Part shown: positions 21,573-30,808 of the stretch, in pieces
Numbering within the stretch: the stretch's first letter is position 1
How the letters are laid out: each line of letters opens with the position of its first letter
Assembly (NCBI RefSeq): GCF_001457595.1
Contig: NZ_LN831039.1
Span: 3,330,001-3,362,000, forward strand
Reading direction: 5' to 3'
DNA length: 32,000 nucleotides
From: Mycolicibacterium smegmatis
GTDB taxonomy: Bacteria; Actinomycetota; Actinomycetes; Mycobacteriales; Mycobacteriaceae
Translations under genes and position numbers: made by a program
Notes under the pieces: model-generated
Seen by the model: the letters and a program-made list of their open reading frames with translations, nothing else
The model's database searches: none
Told to the model about the DNA's origin: nothing

Positions 21573-23198
21573 GTGACCGAGACCGCCCAGGATCGCAAGG
21601 CGCGGGGTGCCTTCTTCACCCCCGACGCGATCACCACGTACCTCACGCAGTGGGCGGTGCGTTCGGACGCGGACCGCGTCTTCGAGCCGTCCGCGGGTGA
21701 CGCGGCGTTCCTCGTCGCCGCGATCCGCAGGCTGCAGGCCCTCGGGGTGGACCATCCCACCGTCGACGGCGTCGAGATCCACGCCGCGAGCGCGGCTTCG
21801 GCGCGCAGGCGGGTCGCCGACGCCGGGGGACGCGCGCGCATCCGCACGGCCAACTTCTTCGCGGTCGATCCGCGTCCGGAGTACACCGCGGTCATCGGCA
21901 ATCCGCCCTACATCCGCTATCAGGATTTCCGCGGTCAGACACGCGCCGAGTCGCGGCGTGCGGCGCTTCGCGCGGGCGTGACGCTGTCGGGGCTCGCGTC
22001 GAGTTGGGCGGCGTTCACGGTGCACGCCGCGCTGTTCCTGCGGCCGGGCGGACGCATGGCGCTCGTGCTGCCCGCCGAACTGCTCAGCGTCAACTACGCA
22101 TCCGCGGTCCGCAAGTTCCTGTTCGACCGGTTCGCGAGCGTTGAGTTGGTGATGTTCGACGAGCAGGTGTTCCCCGAGGCCGAGGCGGACGTGGTGCTGC
22201 TGCTCGCCGACGGTTTCGACGGCGGCCCCTCCGGTCACGCGGTGATCCACCGCGCCCGCAACGCCGAGGCACTGACCTCCGAACTGGTGCAACGACGTTG
22301 GCGCCCCCGTGATCCTGCCGAGAAGTGGATCAGCGGGTTGATCGGCAGCGCACCCGTCGAGGTGCTGCACGGCCTGGAGGCGGCCGGTGACTTCACGTGC
22401 CTGGAAACCTGGGCCGACACCACACTCGGCATGGTGACCGGCAACAACGGCTATTTCGCGCTGTCACCGCAGCGCGTGCACGAATTGGGTTTGCGGCAGG
22501 CCGATCTGCTGCCGTTGTCCCCTCCGGGAAGCGCACATCTGCGCGGGCTGACGCTCTCGGCCGATCAGCTGACGCGGCTGGGGGAGGACGGCAGGTCCGT
22601 GCACCTGTTCCGGCCCACCGGCGCGAAGCTCTCGGCGGCCGCGGCACGGTACGTCGAGGCGGGGCACGCCGCGGGCGTGCACCTGGCGTACAAGTGCCGG
22701 GTCCGCACACCGTGGTACCTGGTGCCCCTCGTCGAGCCCGCGGACCTGTTGTTGACGTGTATGAACGCCGATACGCCGCGGCTGGTCACCAACCGTGCCA
22801 GGGCGCACCACCTCAACTCGGTGCACGGGGTGTACCTGCGTGACGGGTTCACCACGCTGGGCCGCGACCTGCTGCCGCTGGCGTCGCTGAACTCGGTGAC
22901 CCTGCTGCACGCCGAGATGGTCGGCCGGTCCTACGGCGGCGGCATCCTCAAGATCGAACCCCGTGAGGCCGACCAGTGGTTGGTGCCGTCACCACAGCTC
23001 ATCGAGACGCATGCGGCCCCGCTGCGGGCCGTACGGCGTCGCGTGGCGGGCCTGCTGGACCGTGGCCGGCTGCTCGACGCCGTGGCCACCGTCGACCAGG
23101 CGCTCGGAGTCGAATCGGGCGCGGCCCTGGAATCCGTTCGCAATGCGCACCATTCGTTGGCGACGCGGCGAACGGTAAGGTCGCGGCGTGCCCGCTGA
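21573..23198 (+). CDS. Gamma-class N6-adenine DNA methyltransferase (Eco57I/TaqI-like, with a C-terminal target-recognition domain)
   Basis: Motif X GAFFTP, motif I VFEPSAGDAAF, motif IV GNPPYIRY, and the TRD-type motif LGMVTGNNGYFAL. The start is uncertain: GTG codons occur in frame at 21516, 21528, 21534, 21546, 21555, 21558 and 21573. I took the one just before the conserved core. Confidence 0.88.
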   Translation: MTETAQDRKARGAFFTPDAITTYLTQWAVRSDADRVFEPSAGDAAFLVAAIRRLQALGVDHPTVDGVEIHAASAASARRRVADAGGRARIRTANFFAVDPRPEYTAVIGNPPYIRYQDFRGQTRAESRRAALRAGVTLSGLASSWAAFTVHAALFLRPGGRMALVLPAELLSVNYASAVRKFLFDRFASVELVMFDEQVFPEAEADVVLLLADGFDGGPSGHAVIHRARNAEALTSELVQRRWRPRDPAEKWISGLIGSAPVEVLHGLEAAGDFTCLETWADTTLGMVTGNNGYFALSPQRVHELGLRQADLLPLSPPGSAHLRGLTLSADQLTRLGEDGRSVHLFRPTGAKLSAAAARYVEAGHAAGVHLAYKCRVRTPWYLVPLVEPADLLLTCMNADTPRLVTNRARAHHLNSVHGVYLRDGFTTLGRDLLPLASLNSVTLLHAEMVGRSYGGGILKIEPREADQWLVPSPQLIETHAAPLRAVRRRVAGLLDRGRLLDAVATVDQALGVESGAALESVRNAHHSLATRRTVRSRRAR

Positions 23199-24180
23199 AC
23201 CCTCCACCAAGGCCACCGCCTGGGCAATCTTCGACCGCATCGTGGCCGACGCCGCACCCGGCGGGGTGCACACCAACCCGTGGCTGCGCAACGGCAACGC
23301 GCTGACGTACGTGCCCGATTTCCGGGTGCTGCGCAAGCTTCTCGCCGTGCCGTTGTATCTCGACGCCCCGTCGACCACGGGCGTCCCGGCGCTCGCGCTC
23401 GACGTGTGGCTGTCCTACGAGTTGCGGCGCGCGGGTTTCGACAGCGACGCGGTGTGGCCGCGCGCAAGCGACCCGCGGATCATGCCGGGCGCGATCTCCA
23501 GCCTGCTCGAGGCGCTCCCGCAGAAGGAGCGCCTGCTCATCGAGCAGCGGCTGCGGCGGTCGATGAAGGGCGTGTCGGGTTCCAGCGCAAGCGTGCTCGG
23601 CAAGCACTACATGAAGCAGGTCGACGTCGTGATGTCGGACTGGGACACCGGCCCGGAGCTGCTCATCAGCACCAAGCGCATGGATTCGAGCTTCGGCAAG
23701 AACGCCGCCAACCGCGTCGAGGAGAGCTACGGCGACGCCAAGAACCTCCGGTTGCGTCACCCTCTCGCGGCGCTGGGCTTCGTGTATGGCCTGCGCTCGA
23801 CGATCCTGTCCACCGAACCGGACAAGGCCGAATGGCTGATCGACCTGCTGGGCAAGCTCGGCACCGAGGACGACGCCTATCATGCCGTCGCACTCGTGAT
23901 GATCGACCACGACGCCGAGGTCAGCGAGCCCGACGACGAGGTGGACAGCCTCGAAAAGGCCGAGCCTGACACGCTTTTCGAGATCGTCGACGTCGAGACC
24001 GCGAAGGTCGACGAGGCGCTCGCGGCGCTGCCCGACATCGCGATCCGCCACGACGCGGTGCCGGAACAACTGCAGCCGGCCAGGTTCCTGCAGACCATGG
24101 TGGCGCGGGTCCTGGACGTCTCGCCCGTGACGCGGCACCGCGAGGCGCGCTTTCGCCGCAACACGGCCCCGCAGATGTGA
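23188..24180 (+). CDS. Unassigned 330-aa protein translationally coupled to the methyltransferase; possible restriction endonuclease or defence effector
   Basis: The GTG start overlaps the MTase stop by 11 nt. Codon usage matches the genome. I recognise no family motif. A weak nuclease-like pattern (VDVVMSD...ELLISTK...EES) and an acidic segment (DHDAEVSEPDDEVDSLEKAEPD) are present. The confidence given is for the CDS call, not the function. Confidence 0.7.
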   Translation: MPAEPSTKATAWAIFDRIVADAAPGGVHTNPWLRNGNALTYVPDFRVLRKLLAVPLYLDAPSTTGVPALALDVWLSYELRRAGFDSDAVWPRASDPRIMPGAISSLLEALPQKERLLIEQRLRRSMKGVSGSSASVLGKHYMKQVDVVMSDWDTGPELLISTKRMDSSFGKNAANRVEESYGDAKNLRLRHPLAALGFVYGLRSTILSTEPDKAEWLIDLLGKLGTEDDAYHAVALVMIDHDAEVSEPDDEVDSLEKAEPDTLFEIVDVETAKVDEALAALPDIAIRHDAVPEQLQPARFLQTMVARVLDVSPVTRHREARFRRNTAPQM

Positions 24181-24187
24181 GCTTGTC

Positions 24188-24985
24188 TCAGAGCACGCGG
24201 GCGCCGGGTTTGGCGCGCGCGGTCCAGCGGCCCTCGTCGTAGGTCACCGTCACCGGATGAGCGAACGCCGTCGTGACGTGGTCGGTGGTGACGGTCTCGA
24301 CCGCACGTCCGGAGGCCACGGTGCGCCCCTCGGCGATCAGGATCGCGTGTGTGGTGCTCGTGGGCAGTTCCTCGAGGTGGTGCGTCACCAGGATCGACGC
24401 CATGTCCGGATGCGTATCATCCAGTGCGTCAAGGGTTTCCAGCAACTGTTCGCGTGCGGCGACGTCGAGGCCCGTGGTGGGTTCGTCGAGCAGCAGCAGC
24501 CGGGGATCCGAGATCAACGCCCGCGCGATCAGCGTGCGACCACGCTCGCCCTGCGACAGGGTCGGCCATTCGGCGTCGACGCGCGCCGACAGGCCCACGG
24601 TGTCGACGAGTTCCTCGGCGCGCGCGATCTGTTCGGGGCTGGGGGTCCAGCGTGCCGCGGTGTCCACCGTGGCGGTGATCCCGGTCAGCACCACCTCGCG
24701 CACCGTCAGCGGGTACTGCAACCGGTGGCGCGGGTTGACGTGGCCGATCGAGCGCCGCAGCACCGACAGGTCCGTGCGGCCCATCTGGGCGCCGAGCACC
24801 CACACCGACCCGGTCGTCGGAAACGTCACCGCCGCACAGAAACCCAACAGCGTGCTCTTGCCTGCCCCGTTCGGGCCCAGCAGCGCCCAGTGCTCGCCGC
24901 TGCGCACGGTCAGCGATATGCCGTCGATGATCTGCTTGCCGTTGCGGCGGAAGGTCACATCGTCGATCTTCAGGACTTCGGTCAC
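24188..24985 (-). CDS. Stand-alone ABC-transporter ATP-binding protein (single NBD, ModF/YlmA-like)
   Basis: GTG start. Walker A GPNGAGKST, signature LSQGERGR, Walker B LLLLDEPTTGLD, H-loop VTHH. No permease gene is adjacent. Confidence 0.9.
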   Translation of the reverse strand: MTEVLKIDDVTFRRNGKQIIDGISLTVRSGEHWALLGPNGAGKSTLLGFCAAVTFPTTGSVWVLGAQMGRTDLSVLRRSIGHVNPRHRLQYPLTVREVVLTGITATVDTAARWTPSPEQIARAEELVDTVGLSARVDAEWPTLSQGERGRTLIARALISDPRLLLLDEPTTGLDVAAREQLLETLDALDDTHPDMASILVTHHLEELPTSTTHAILIAEGRTVASGRAVETVTTDHVTTAFAHPVTVTYDEGRWTARAKPGARVL

Positions 24986-25102
24986 GTAAAGGACTCCATG
25001 TCAGGGCAGATGCTGCACTCATGTCAGGGCCGGGGCGCACCTCGTCGTGCGCGGGACGTCGCCCCGCGTAAGGCTACGCGCCCTTCCTGAAAGGTCCGGC
25101 GG

Positions 25103-25567
25103 TCAACGAGACCTGAGGACCTCGAGTGCCTTGTCGGCGTGGGTGTCCATGTTGATCTCGCTGGAGATCACGGCCAGCACCGTGCTGTCGGTGTCGATGA
25201 CGAAGGTGGTCCGCTTGACCGGCATGAGTTTGCCCAGCAATCCCCGCTTGACGCCGAACCGCGCGGCCACCGTGCCGTCGGCGTCGGAGAGCAGCGGGAA
25301 GGCGAACCGGTGGGTCTCGGCGAACCTGGCCTGTTTGGCAGGCGGATCGGTGCTGATCCCGACGGGATTCGCACCCACCGCGGCGAATTCTTGCGCCAGA
25401 TCACGGAAATGGCAGGCCTCTTTGGTGCACCCTGGGGTCATGGCCGCGGGGTAGAAGAACAGCACAACGGGACCGTCGCCGAGCAAACGCGTCAAGCTGC
25501 GTTTCTGTCCGGTCTGATCCGGCAGTTCGAACTCGGCGACGGTGTCACCCGTCCCTATAGAAGTCAT
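25103..25567 (-). CDS. bcpB: Peroxiredoxin, Bcp type (BcpB-like)
   Basis: The internal ATG at 25567 gives MTSIGTGDTVAEFELPDQTG. Peroxidatic Cys context FYPAAMTPGCTKEAC. The upstream part of the ORF is Arg/Trp-rich and would overlap the trpE promoter. Confidence 0.88.
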   Translation of the reverse strand: MTSIGTGDTVAEFELPDQTGQKRSLTRLLGDGPVVLFFYPAAMTPGCTKEACHFRDLAQEFAAVGANPVGISTDPPAKQARFAETHRFAFPLLSDADGTVAARFGVKRGLLGKLMPVKRTTFVIDTDSTVLAVISSEINMDTHADKALEVLRSR

Positions 25568-25629
25568 GACCGAGAACGCTACGCCGTCTTGATGGCGGGG
25601 CCCTGATGTCGGTCTGGGAGGATTGATCC

Positions 25630-27204
25630 GTGCAGACCACCGCCAACCATTCCTCACGCTCCACGCAGACCGGCACGCGCGCCCACGGCGCCGCACTCGC
25701 CGAGACCACGTCGCGCGAGGACTTCCGGGCGCTGGCGACCGAGCACCGTGTGGTCCCCGTCATCCGCAAGGTGCTCGCCGACAGCGAGACACCCCTGTCG
25801 GCCTACCGCAAGCTCGCCGCCAACCGGCCAGGGACGTTCTTGCTGGAATCCGCGGAGAACGGTCGGTCGTGGTCGCGATGGTCGTTCATCGGCGCGGGAG
25901 CGCCGTCGGCGCTGACCGTGCGCGACAACGCGGCGGCATGGCTGGGCACCGCGCCCGAGGGGGCGCCGAGCGGCGGTGATCCGCTCGATGCGCTGCGCGC
26001 AACCCTCGATCTGCTCAAGACCGAGGCCATGGCGGGTCTGCCGCCCCTGTCGTCGGGTCTGGTCGGCTTCTTCGCCTATGACATGGTGCGCCGGCTCGAA
26101 CGGCTGCCGGAACTCGCGGTCGACGATCTCGGGCTGCCGGACATGCTGCTGCTGCTCGCGACCGACATCGCCGCGGTCGACCACCACGAGGGCACCATCA
26201 CGCTCATCGCCAACGCGGTGAACTGGAACGGCACCGACGAGCGGGTCGACTGGGCCTACGACGACGCGGTCGCGCGTCTGGACGTGATGACCAAGGCGCT
26301 GGGGCAGCCGTTGACCTCGGCGGTGGCGACGTTCAGCAGGCCCGCGCCCGATCACCGGGCGCAGCGCACGATGGAGGAGTACACCGAGATCGTCGACAAG
26401 CTGGTCGGCGACATCGAGGCCGGCGAGGCATTTCAGGTGGTGCCCTCGCAACGGTTCGAGATGGACACCGCGGCCGATCCGTTGGACGTCTACCGCATCC
26501 TGCGGGTGACCAACCCCAGCCCGTACATGTACCTGCTCAACATCCCCGACGCCGACGGAGGACTGGACTTCTCGATCGTCGGGTCGAGCCCAGAGGCGCT
26601 GGTGACGGTCAAGGACGGACGCGCCACCACGCATCCCATCGCGGGCACGCGGTGGCGCGGCGCCACCGAGGAAGAGGACGTGCTGCTCGAAAAGGAGCTG
26701 CTCGCCGACGAGAAGGAACGCGCCGAGCACCTCATGCTCGTCGACCTGGGCCGCAACGACCTGGGCCGGGTGTGCCGGCCCGGCACCGTGCGTGTCGACG
26801 ACTACAGCCACATCGAGCGCTACAGCCACGTCATGCATCTGGTGTCGACGGTCACCGGTGAGCTCGCCGAGGACAAGACCGCCCTTGACGCGGTGACGGC
26901 GTGCTTCCCGGCGGGCACGTTGTCGGGTGCGCCGAAGGTGCGTGCCATGGAGCTCATCGAGGAGGTCGAGAAGACACGCCGCGGCCTCTACGGCGGTGTC
27001 GTCGGGTACCTCGACTTCGCGGGCAACGCCGACTTCGCCATCGCCATCCGCACCGCACTGATGCGCAACGGAACCGCCTACGTGCAGGCCGGCGGGGGAG
27101 TCGTGGCCGACTCCAACGGCCCGTACGAGTACACCGAGGCCGCCAACAAGGCCCGTGCGGTGCTCAACGCGATCGCCGCGGCAGCGACCCTGGCGGAACC
27201 ATGA
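25630..27204 (+). CDS. trpE: Anthranilate synthase component I (TrpE)
   Basis: The GTG at 25630 lies 7 nt after GGGAGGA. Contains [38 protein letters not shown] and GGGVVADS. Confidence 0.96.
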   Translation: MQTTANHSSRSTQTGTRAHGAALAETTSREDFRALATEHRVVPVIRKVLADSETPLSAYRKLAANRPGTFLLESAENGRSWSRWSFIGAGAPSALTVRDNAAAWLGTAPEGAPSGGDPLDALRATLDLLKTEAMAGLPPLSSGLVGFFAYDMVRRLERLPELAVDDLGLPDMLLLLATDIAAVDHHEGTITLIANAVNWNGTDERVDWAYDDAVARLDVMTKALGQPLTSAVATFSRPAPDHRAQRTMEEYTEIVDKLVGDIEAGEAFQVVPSQRFEMDTAADPLDVYRILRVTNPSPYMYLLNIPDADGGLDFSIVGSSPEALVTVKDGRATTHPIAGTRWRGATEEEDVLLEKELLADEKERAEHLMLVDLGRNDLGRVCRPGTVRVDDYSHIERYSHVMHLVSTVTGELAEDKTALDAVTACFPAGTLSGAPKVRAMELIEEVEKTRRGLYGGVVGYLDFAGNADFAIAIRTALMRNGTAYVQAGGGVVADSNGPYEYTEAANKARAVLNAIAAAATLAEP

Positions 27205-27815
27205 CCCGCGCGGCGCAGGCTCTTCTCGTCGTGGCGGCCCTCGGACTGTGGGGCGCGTCGCGGTTCAACTGGGTCGAGGTGCGCTCGTTCGACGGTCTCG
27301 GGCAACCCAAGACCACCGCGCTTACCGGCGCGTCGTGGTCGACGGCGCTGATCCCGCTCGCGTTGCTGGCGCTGGCCGCCGCGGTGGCGGCCCTGGCCGT
27401 TCGGGGCTGGATGCTGCGGTTGCTGGCGATCCTGGTGGCCGCCGCCAGCGCGGGGATGGGATACCTGGCGATCAGTCTGTGGGCGGTGCGCGACGTGGCC
27501 GTCCGCGCAGCTGACCTCGCCCTCGTCCCGGTCGCGCAGCTCACCGGAACACATCGCTACTACACGGGTGCGGTGATCACCCTCGCGGCCGCGGTTTGCA
27601 CGCTGGTCGGCGCTGTGCTGCTGATGCGGTCGGCCAACGGTTCGCAGCGTGCCGTTGCCGCGCGTTACGCCGCGCCTGCGGCCCGGCGGACGGCCGCTCA
27701 ACACGACGTATCCAGCGAATCCATGTCCGAGCGAATGATCTGGGATGCGCTGGATGAGGGACATGATCCGACGGGGGATCAGGACGATACGGACAGAAGG
27801 GGCGGTGACAGATGA
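27201..27815 (+). CDS. Trp-operon-associated membrane protein (Rv1610-like, TIGR02234-type)
   Basis: ATGA overlap with trpE. Several hydrophobic segments, Trp-rich. Conserved position between trpE and trpC in actinobacteria. Confidence 0.8.
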   Translation: MTRAAQALLVVAALGLWGASRFNWVEVRSFDGLGQPKTTALTGASWSTALIPLALLALAAAVAALAVRGWMLRLLAILVAAASAGMGYLAISLWAVRDVAVRAADLALVPVAQLTGTHRYYTGAVITLAAAVCTLVGAVLLMRSANGSQRAVAARYAAPAARRTAAQHDVSSESMSERMIWDALDEGHDPTGDQDDTDRRGGDR

Positions 27816-27891
27816 GGGTGTGGGGACGGTTACCCTTCGATGGAGGTCAGCCGGGATCGACCCGGGTAAACCGGAAAGGAATGGACGGGCG

Positions 27892-28710
27892 ATGAGTTCG
27901 GCCACAGTGCTCGACTCCATCATCGAGGGAGTCCGCGCCGATGTAGCCGCCCGCGAGGCCGTCATCAGCCTTGACGAGATCAAAGAGCGGGCCAAGGCGG
28001 CGCCACCGCCGCTGAACGTGATGGCCGCCCTGCGGGAACCGGGAATCGGTGTCATCGCGGAGGTCAAGCGCGCGAGTCCCTCGCGGGGCGCACTGGCCTC
28101 GATCGGCGATCCCGCCGAGTTGGCTCAGGCATACCAGGACGGCGGCGCGCGCGTGATCAGCGTGCTGACCGAGCAGCGCAGGTTCAACGGCTCGTTGGAC
28201 GACCTCGACGCGGTTCGGGCAGCGGTGTCGATTCCGGTGCTGCGCAAGGACTTCATCGTCCGGCCGTACCAGATCCACGAGGCCAGGGCACACGGTGCCG
28301 ACATGCTGCTGCTGATCGTGGCCGCGCTCGACCAGCCCGTGTTGGAGTCGCTGCTGGAGCGCACCGAATCCCTGGGGATGACCGCTCTGGTCGAGGTGCA
28401 CACCGAGGAAGAGGCCGACCGCGCGCTGAAGGCGGGCGCGTCGGTGATCGGGGTCAACGCCCGCGACCTCAAGACCCTCGAGGTGGACCGCACCGTCTTC
28501 AGCCGGATCGCTCCGGGCCTTCCCAGCAACGTCATCCGTGTCGCGGAATCCGGCGTGCGCGGTACGGCCGACCTGCTGGCCTACGCGGGCGCGGGCGCCG
28601 ACGCGGTGCTCGTCGGGGAGGGCCTGGTGACCAGCGGGGATCCCCGCAGCGCGGTCGCCGATCTGGTCACCGCAGGCACGCACCCGTCCTGCCCGAAACC
28701 GGCCCGCTGA
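27892..28710 (+). CDS. trpC: Indole-3-glycerol phosphate synthase (TrpC)
   Basis: The internal ATG at 27892 gives [18 protein letters not shown]. Contains [12 protein letters not shown] and [11 protein letters not shown]. Confidence 0.95.
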   Translation: MSSATVLDSIIEGVRADVAAREAVISLDEIKERAKAAPPPLNVMAALREPGIGVIAEVKRASPSRGALASIGDPAELAQAYQDGGARVISVLTEQRRFNGSLDDLDAVRAAVSIPVLRKDFIVRPYQIHEARAHGADMLLLIVAALDQPVLESLLERTESLGMTALVEVHTEEEADRALKAGASVIGVNARDLKTLEVDRTVFSRIAPGLPSNVIRVAESGVRGTADLLAYAGAGADAVLVGEGLVTSGDPRSAVADLVTAGTHPSCPKPAR

Positions 28711-28745
28711 CGCGGCATGAGCCGCCCGTACGAAAAGAAGCACTG

Positions 28746-30023
28746 ATGGCGTATCACGCCGGCCCGGACCTGCCGCGTTCCAGCGCGGGGGTGGCCGAAC
28801 CCACGTCCCACGACCCCGACGCGCGCGGGCACTTCGGTCCGTACGGCGGCCGCCTCGTCCCCGAGGCGCTGATGGCGGTGATCGAAGAGGTCACCGCCGC
28901 CTACGAGAAGTGCCGCGGCGACCAGACGTTCCTCGACGAACTCGACCGCCTGCAGCGTCACTACAGCGGCAGGCCGTCGCCGCTGTACGAGGCGACGCGG
29001 TTGTCCGAGCACGCCGGCGGCGCGCGCATCTTCCTCAAGCGGGAAGACTTGAACCACACCGGATCTCACAAGATCAACAACGTGCTGGGGCAGGCCCTGC
29101 TGGCGCGTCAGATGGGCAAGACGCGCGTCATCGCCGAGACCGGCGCCGGTCAGCACGGCGTGGCCACCGCGACCGCGTGTGCCCTGCTGGGACTCGAGTG
29201 CGTCATCTACATGGGCGCGGTCGACACGGCCCGCCAGGCGCTCAACGTCGCCCGCATGCGACTGCTCGGCGCGACCGTGGTGTCGGTCGAGGCCGGTTCC
29301 AAGACCCTCAAGGACGCCATCAACGAGGCGTTCCGCGACTGGGTGACCAACGCCGACGAGACGTACTACTGCTTCGGCACCGCCGCGGGCCCGCATCCGT
29401 TCCCGCTCATGGTCCGTGACTTCCAGCGGATCATCGGCCTGGAGGCCCGGGTTCAGGTCCAGGACCAGGCCGGGCGGCTGCCCGACGCGGTGACCGCATG
29501 CGTCGGCGGCGGCTCGAACGCCATCGGCATCTTCCACGCCTTCATCGACGATCCGGGTGTCCGTCTGATCGGATTCGAGGCCGCAGGCGACGGCGTGGAG
29601 ACCGGCAGGCACGCCGCGACCTTCACCGGTGGTTCGCCCGGCGCGTTCCAGGGGTCGTTCTCCTACCTGTTGCAGGACGAGGACGGGCAGACCATCGAGT
29701 CCCATTCGATCTCGGCGGGTCTGGACTACCCGGGCGTCGGACCCGAGCACGCCCTGCTCAAGGACATCGGGCGCGCCGAATACCGGCCCATCACCGACAC
29801 CGAGGCCATGGACGCCTTCCGCCTGCTGTGCCGCACCGAGGGGATCATCCCGGCGATCGAATCCGCGCACGCCGTGGCGGGTGCGCTCAAGCTGGGCCCC
29901 GAACTCGGCGCGGGATCGGTCATCGTGGTGAACCTGTCCGGACGTGGTGACAAGGACGTCGAGACCGCGGCCAAGTGGTTCGGCCTGCTCGACGAAGGAC
30001 AGGGCGAAGGAGAAGCCCGATGA
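28746..30023 (+). CDS. trpB: Tryptophan synthase beta chain (TrpB)
   Basis: PLP-lysine motif [11 protein letters not shown] and [10 protein letters not shown]. An alternative GTG start at 28791 (VAEPTSHDP) matches the M. tuberculosis N-terminus better. Confidence 0.96.
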   Translation: MAYHAGPDLPRSSAGVAEPTSHDPDARGHFGPYGGRLVPEALMAVIEEVTAAYEKCRGDQTFLDELDRLQRHYSGRPSPLYEATRLSEHAGGARIFLKREDLNHTGSHKINNVLGQALLARQMGKTRVIAETGAGQHGVATATACALLGLECVIYMGAVDTARQALNVARMRLLGATVVSVEAGSKTLKDAINEAFRDWVTNADETYYCFGTAAGPHPFPLMVRDFQRIIGLEARVQVQDQAGRLPDAVTACVGGGSNAIGIFHAFIDDPGVRLIGFEAAGDGVETGRHAATFTGGSPGAFQGSFSYLLQDEDGQTIESHSISAGLDYPGVGPEHALLKDIGRAEYRPITDTEAMDAFRLLCRTEGIIPAIESAHAVAGALKLGPELGAGSVIVVNLSGRGDKDVETAAKWFGLLDEGQGEGEAR

Positions 30024-30808
30024 GCCGACTGGGCGCAATGTTCGACAGCTGCCGCGCCGAAGACCGCGCCGCGCTGATCGGTTACCTGCCGACCGGGTTC
30101 CCCGATGTGCCGACCTCGATCGCCGCGATGACCGCACTGGTCGAATCCGGTTGCGATCTGGTCGAAGTCGGCGTCCCGTACTCCGATCCCGGCATGGACG
30201 GCCCGACGATCGCCGCGGCGACCGAGACGGCGCTCGCCGGCGGGGTCAAGGTGCGTGACACCCTGACCGCAGTCGAGGCCATCAGCAACGCTGGCGGCCG
30301 CGCCGTGGTGATGACGTACTGGAATCCGGTGCTGCGCAAGGGTGTCGACGCCTTTGCGCGTGACCTGGCCAATGCGGGCGGCTACGGTCTGATCACCCCG
30401 GACCTGATCCCCGAGGAAGCCGACGAGTGGATGGCGGCTTCCGAGGCGAACGACCTCGACCGCATCTTCCTGGTCGCCCCGTCGTCGACGCACGAACGCC
30501 TCGCCAAGACCATCGAGGTGAGCCGCGGATTCGTCTACGCCGCCTCGACCATGGGTGTGACCGGCGCCCGCGACGCGGTGTCGTCGTCGGCCCCCGAACT
30601 GGTGCGGCGCATCCGCGAGGTGTCCGACATCCCGGTCGGGGTCGGCCTCGGCGTGCGTTCAGGTGAGCAGGCCGCCCAGATCGGGTCGTACAGTGACGGC
30701 GTGATCGTGGGCTCGGCATTGGTCGCCGCACTGCAGGACGGTGTGGATGCGGTGAGCCGCCTGACCGAAGAACTCGCCGGTGGTGTTCGGCGGAGGGTGT
30801 CAGCTTGA
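30020..30808 (+). CDS. trpA: Tryptophan synthase alpha chain (TrpA)
   Basis: ATGA overlap with trpB. Contains [18 protein letters not shown]. Confidence 0.95.
   Translation: MSRLGAMFDSCRAEDRAALIGYLPTGFPDVPTSIAAMTALVESGCDLVEVGVPYSDPGMDGPTIAAATETALAGGVKVRDTLTAVEAISNAGGRAVVMTYWNPVLRKGVDAFARDLANAGGYGLITPDLIPEEADEWMAASEANDLDRIFLVAPSSTHERLAKTIEVSRGFVYAASTMGVTGARDAVSSSAPELVRRIREVSDIPVGVGLGVRSGEQAAQIGSYSDGVIVGSALVAALQDGVDAVSRLTEELAGGVRRRVSA

Noticed and set aside
25606-25626. Tiny ORF ATG-TCG-GTC-TGG-GAG-GAT-TGA (MSVWED) upstream of trpE as a Trp leader peptide or attenuator
   Set aside because: It has only a single Trp codon. It overlaps the trpE SD rather than preceding alternative hairpins. No terminator or antiterminator structure is visible in the 62-bp spacer.
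27851-27865. CCGGG-ATCGA-CCCGG hairpin between the trp membrane gene and trpC
   Set aside because: With only a 5-bp stem inside an operon spacer, it is too weak to call a regulatory element.
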